The notes under the pieces were generated by a model. The model worked only from the letters and a program-made list of their open reading frames with translations, was not told the origin of the DNA and did not search any database. From contig CDMY01000288.1 in NCBI GenBank assembly GCA_001179505.1, positions 69,195-133,194 of the forward strand: DNA of 64,000 bases, read 5' to 3'. This document shows positions 60,547 through 64,000 of this stretch, piece after piece. Position 1 is the stretch's first letter. Each line of letters starts with the position of its first letter. The translations under genes and the position numbers were made by a program. Source of the stretch: Vitrella brassicaformis CCMP3155 (Eukaryota; Protista; Chromerida).

Positions 60547-63283
60547 CTATGAAAGCCATGCCGTGTTGGCTCTTACCGCTGCTTTGGGGGGCTGCGGCAC
60601 CTCGGCGGTGGCTCGACGTCCTTGGGCGCCAGCCATCTCCTCCTCGTCGACCGTCAGCTGCCGAATGGCTGGGACCATGGCCTCCACGCCGCCGCCAAGA
60701 TCATCTTGCTCAGCACTGTCCAGCACATCTGTTGTGATTGTTGTGGTCCCCCGCTGCGAGGAGCGGTTGGGGACCCGGGCGCTGGGCAGCACACTGCTGA
60801 CTTCCCGGTTGACAACTCTCTGTTGTGTATGCAGAGGCACACGTAAAGCCGTGATGCGTCTGTGTGTGTGTCTCACCTGCTGAATGGGATTGTTCCACAT
60901 GTGGTGGTGGATGCTTGGTGGGGTGGGTGGCGTCTGCTTGGCAGCGATCGGCCCGAAAATAGGGGTTCGAGGCGACTTGAAGTTACTGGCTGCGGGCGGC
61001 GCGGCAGTGCTTGAAGCAACAAAACCATATCCGTGTGTGGCGTTGTTATGTGGGCTCTGCTGTCCATGCTTTGTGTGTCCCTCCGCTGGCACCTTCTCCT
61101 CCTCCGTGTTCTTCTCGACCCCGACATCCGCCCTCTTTCTGTTCCACGGGCTGTTCTTCTTGTCCAGCCAGCACCAACAGATGGCCTGCCGGCTGTTGCT
61201 CTGCATCGCTTCCTTGGCGCTGGACGATTTGTGCCGGCTGATGGTCTGGCAACGGCTTAATCTCCTGGCGCTGTGTCTCCGACTTGGCCTGCTCCTGCCC
61301 CCCTCCTAGGTCCGCCTCCTCTGTGTCTCGGCCACTGTCCTCCTTTTTCTCTGGCCACAGGATCTGCCACTCGCCCGGCCCAGCTGCCGACGTACGTGCC
61401 GCCCGACTCGGCAACGCGCTGCCGTATTTTGCTGAGGCCGCCTTGGCTACTCCGGCTCCTTGCTGTGCCGATGTCTTCTCGGCGCCCCGGACGGGCGCCT
61501 TCTGGTGGGCTTTGTCCTCCTTGCTTGTAAGCACTGGGATACCCCACTTTGGGGCCGTCTGAGCGCCCTGGACGCCGACTCGACTGCAGCGGGGCCGAGA
61601 GGTTAGGTTTGGCGATGTGCTGCTGGTGCGTCCGACAACTCTCACGCGCGCCGCTGCTGGTGTTGGCGCCACTTTAGGAGGGCACCGTGGCTTTCTCCTG
61701 TCCAGTGGTCGAATGACATCCGCCCGCTTCGGCACAGGGAAGGGGTTGAGCAAGTGGCGGTGTTGTTCTGGCGCGGGGGGGACCGTGGTAGTGCCTCCTC
61801 TCCTCTGGCGGCGATGCACCACACAGCTTTTGGCAGGAACCATTGTGGACCCAGGCCCGACGGTGGCCCCCGAGACACCGACACTGAGGTTGCTACCGGA
61901 CGTCTCTTTGGCTGTCCCCTGCCTCTTTGCCCCGCTGGATTGCTCGCTGCCCATGGCCACCTCCCGACGCGCATTCAGGGCCCCGGGCACGTCTCCATTG
62001 GTTGCCTGCGTGCACGTCTGACCGATTTGAGGGGCCATCGGCTGAGGCGGCTGCTGGAAGAAAGCAGATGACGACACTACACCGTTGCTGCTCGCTGAAG
62101 TGTGGGCCTGGCTACCGACGAACTGCTGGCCGAAGGGACTGGCCCGCAGAGACCCTGGAGCTACGGTTTTTGCCGGTGGAGCTGGCCGCAGCGAGAGCAG
62201 TGGACGATGATGCTGAGGCCGCGACGAAGGTGGCACTAGCTACCGAGGGCGACGGGGTGGTGGCGCTGGCGACTCTCGTCTTAAAAATGGACTTGAGGGT
62301 GGCTTTGGTGCCGCTGACGGTGCTGTAACTGGGCGGGTCTTTAGAGAGGGGAGCTGCTGCTGACGAGAATTCCTTGATCGTCTCGAGGCGCTCCTTGTCG
62401 TCCGTGCCGCCGTCCGTCCACGACAGACGACGCGTGCCGTTTGAAGGTCCGCGGGACGCGACTGCGCGCTCGGCGACGACGGCTGCGTCGAAGCAAGATT
62501 GTCCTTTCGTGAGTTAATGTAGGCATTCCTTAGCAAAAGTTGCTCCGAGTCCAGGTCGGCTACAGGGCCGGTCCAATCAACGGACCGTATCCTGTTGAGC
62601 TTGGGTCCGAAGAGCCTCGTTTCGTAGTCCTTGAGCTGCTGGATGAATCCCGGCTTGATCCGAATGTCGCCTCGACGAGACGTCAGGTACTCGATGGTCT
62701 TCTGCAGTGACCATTGGTACCTCTTCATCAGGTAAGCGGCAATGATGCAACACGACCGTGACTGCCCTCGGAAGGAGTGGATGAGGACTGACTCGCCCTC
62801 ATCGACGCTTTCTTGAATAAACGCCGCCACATCGTTGGCAACCTGATCTCGGTTGTCCAGGATCAGCTGCTTGTCATGGTCCGGCCAGAAGTAAGTGAGG
62901 TACTGAATGCCGATACTCTCATAGCTGTTGGGCACCTCGCGCCCAGCGCAGTTCACGACGTGAGAGACCTTGTGGTTCAGAAGAAATTCAATATCATGCG
63001 CTGATAGCTGATCGCCGACAAAAAGACCATCTTTGACATTGACTGCGCCGAGGATGTCCTGCTCCTGCCGAGGCGCGCTGCCGTATTTTGCGGAGGCCGC
63101 CTTGGCTGCTCCGCCTTGGCTGCTCCGCCTTGGCTTGCCCAGCGGCCGAAGGGTGTTGAGCGAGGGGCTGAGCTGTTTCGGCACGGGGGGGACCGTGGTG
63201 GTGCCCCTTCTTCTTGGGGCCGCCTTCGGCTCCTGCATTGCCCGCTCTCTCTCCGAGCGATTCCACACTTTCACGCGCTGCAT
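60547..63283 (-). CDS. Dual-specificity phosphatase-fold pseudophosphatase (Cys to Ser) with a frameshifted low-complexity tail
   Basis: GAVNVKDGLFVGD, VSHVVNCAG, YLTYFWPD, ESVLIHSFRGQSRSCCIIAAYLMKR...GFIQQLKDYE. The P-loop reads HSxxGxSR instead of HCxxGxSR. The tail continues in several different frames down to about 60550. Confidence 0.8.
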
Positions 63284-63340
63284 CTGGAAGCTTTCAGTTT
63301 TTACTCTGCCTAATATTACCCCCGGGGCGTATTGCCCCCA

Positions 63341-63370
63341 CCCGAAACCCGAACCCTGAACCCTAACCCG
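63341..63370. repeat. C-rich degenerate telomere-like array
   Basis: cccgaaa-cccgaa-ccctgaa-ccctaa-cccg. Confidence 0.65.
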
Positions 63371-63454
63371 ATTGGGGGGCAACCGCCCCCCGAGACAGTT
63401 TGGGGTCCGTGTCCGGGGTGCCCCCAATTGGGATCGGGTTGGCTAGGATGGTCG

Positions 63455-63602
63455 GGTGTGGGGTATGGGGTATCGGGTATCGGGTCCGGGTATCGGGTAT
63501 CGGGTACCGGGTATCGGGTCTCGGGTCACAGCTGACTCTTGCACGTCCCTTCTCTGGAGGTTTCGGGTATCGGGTTTCGGGTTTCGGGTTCGGGTCACGG
63601 GA
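63455..63602. repeat. G-rich degenerate telomere-like heptamer array (GGGT[A/T/C][T/C]C)n
   Basis: Runs of gggtatc, gggtacc, gggtctc, gggtttc and gggttc in two blocks (63455-63527 and 63559-63602). Confidence 0.75.
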
Positions 63603-64000
63603 ACCGGTTTTGGAGAAGGAAGGAAAATGGGCTTCGACTCCATAAGGTCACATTGCTCCGGGAATGACAGGAAATCCACGGAAATGGTCGGGAAGGAATG
63701 TTGCGAAGTGCTCACGATGCCCTTCGCCCCTGTCTGTGGCCCTGATGAAGGCGCTCGGCTCAGATGACTGGAAGTGTGGACGCATGTGTCTGGATGTGAT
63801 GGACGGATGGATTGGATGCCGTGGACCGTGTGCTGATGGAGAGGATGCAGCCCTGGATGAATGGATGGATGGATGGAGCTGATGCTGATGGATGACAGGC
63901 TGAAGGATGGTAGCCGTGTGTAGGCAGGCAGGACGACAAGCCGTAGATGGGCACAGGGGAGGCAGCCAGGGAAGATAGAGGGCTGCTGATGAATAAGAGC

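Noticed and set aside
62435-62510. Programmed -1 ribosomal frameshift in the pseudophosphatase
   Set aside because: No X XXY YYZ slippery heptamer was seen, and further frameshifts downstream favour decay or assembly error.
1-64000. tRNA, rRNA or snRNA genes
   Set aside because: GTTCGA hits (about 920, 1356, 33385, 54568, 60965) lack a cloverleaf or A-box context, and no rRNA or snRNA signature was recognised by eye.

Overview
Intron-rich, GC-rich eukaryotic scaffold. Introns are short (about 50-110 nt), often CA/GT-microsatellite-rich, and the window has five 300-N placeholder gaps. Gene content and intron style point to an alveolate, most likely a chromerid such as Vitrella (inference, not verified). 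Recognisable genes: a kinase 3' end, an intronless F-box-like ORF, a Ppg1-like PP2A-family phosphatase, Ku70, two Tudor-like/F-box paralogues, a 16-kb DNAH6-like axonemal dynein heavy chain head-to-head with a large TPR gene, an ER J-domain/thioredoxin protein, GTP cyclohydrolase I, a SPRTN homologue and a dual-specificity pseudophosphatase. Most striking observations: (1) the SPRTN homologue keeps every Zn ligand, an SHP box and a UBZ4 finger, but its catalytic HExxH reads HLxxH; (2) a head-to-head cassette of an F-box gene plus a Cdc37-N-motif/NudC-type CS-domain gene occurs three times, once inverted 30 kb away; (3) one F-box copy has an FG-nucleoporin-like insert inside the F-box; (4) a lower-GC GT25 glycosyltransferase fragment is wedged into a triplicated segment; (5) there is a cluster of long hairpins, and inverted telomere-like arrays lie near the right end. 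No tRNA, rRNA, CRISPR array or autonomous transposon ORF was recognised. All gene models were spliced by eye and all family calls come from remembered motifs; no searches were run.
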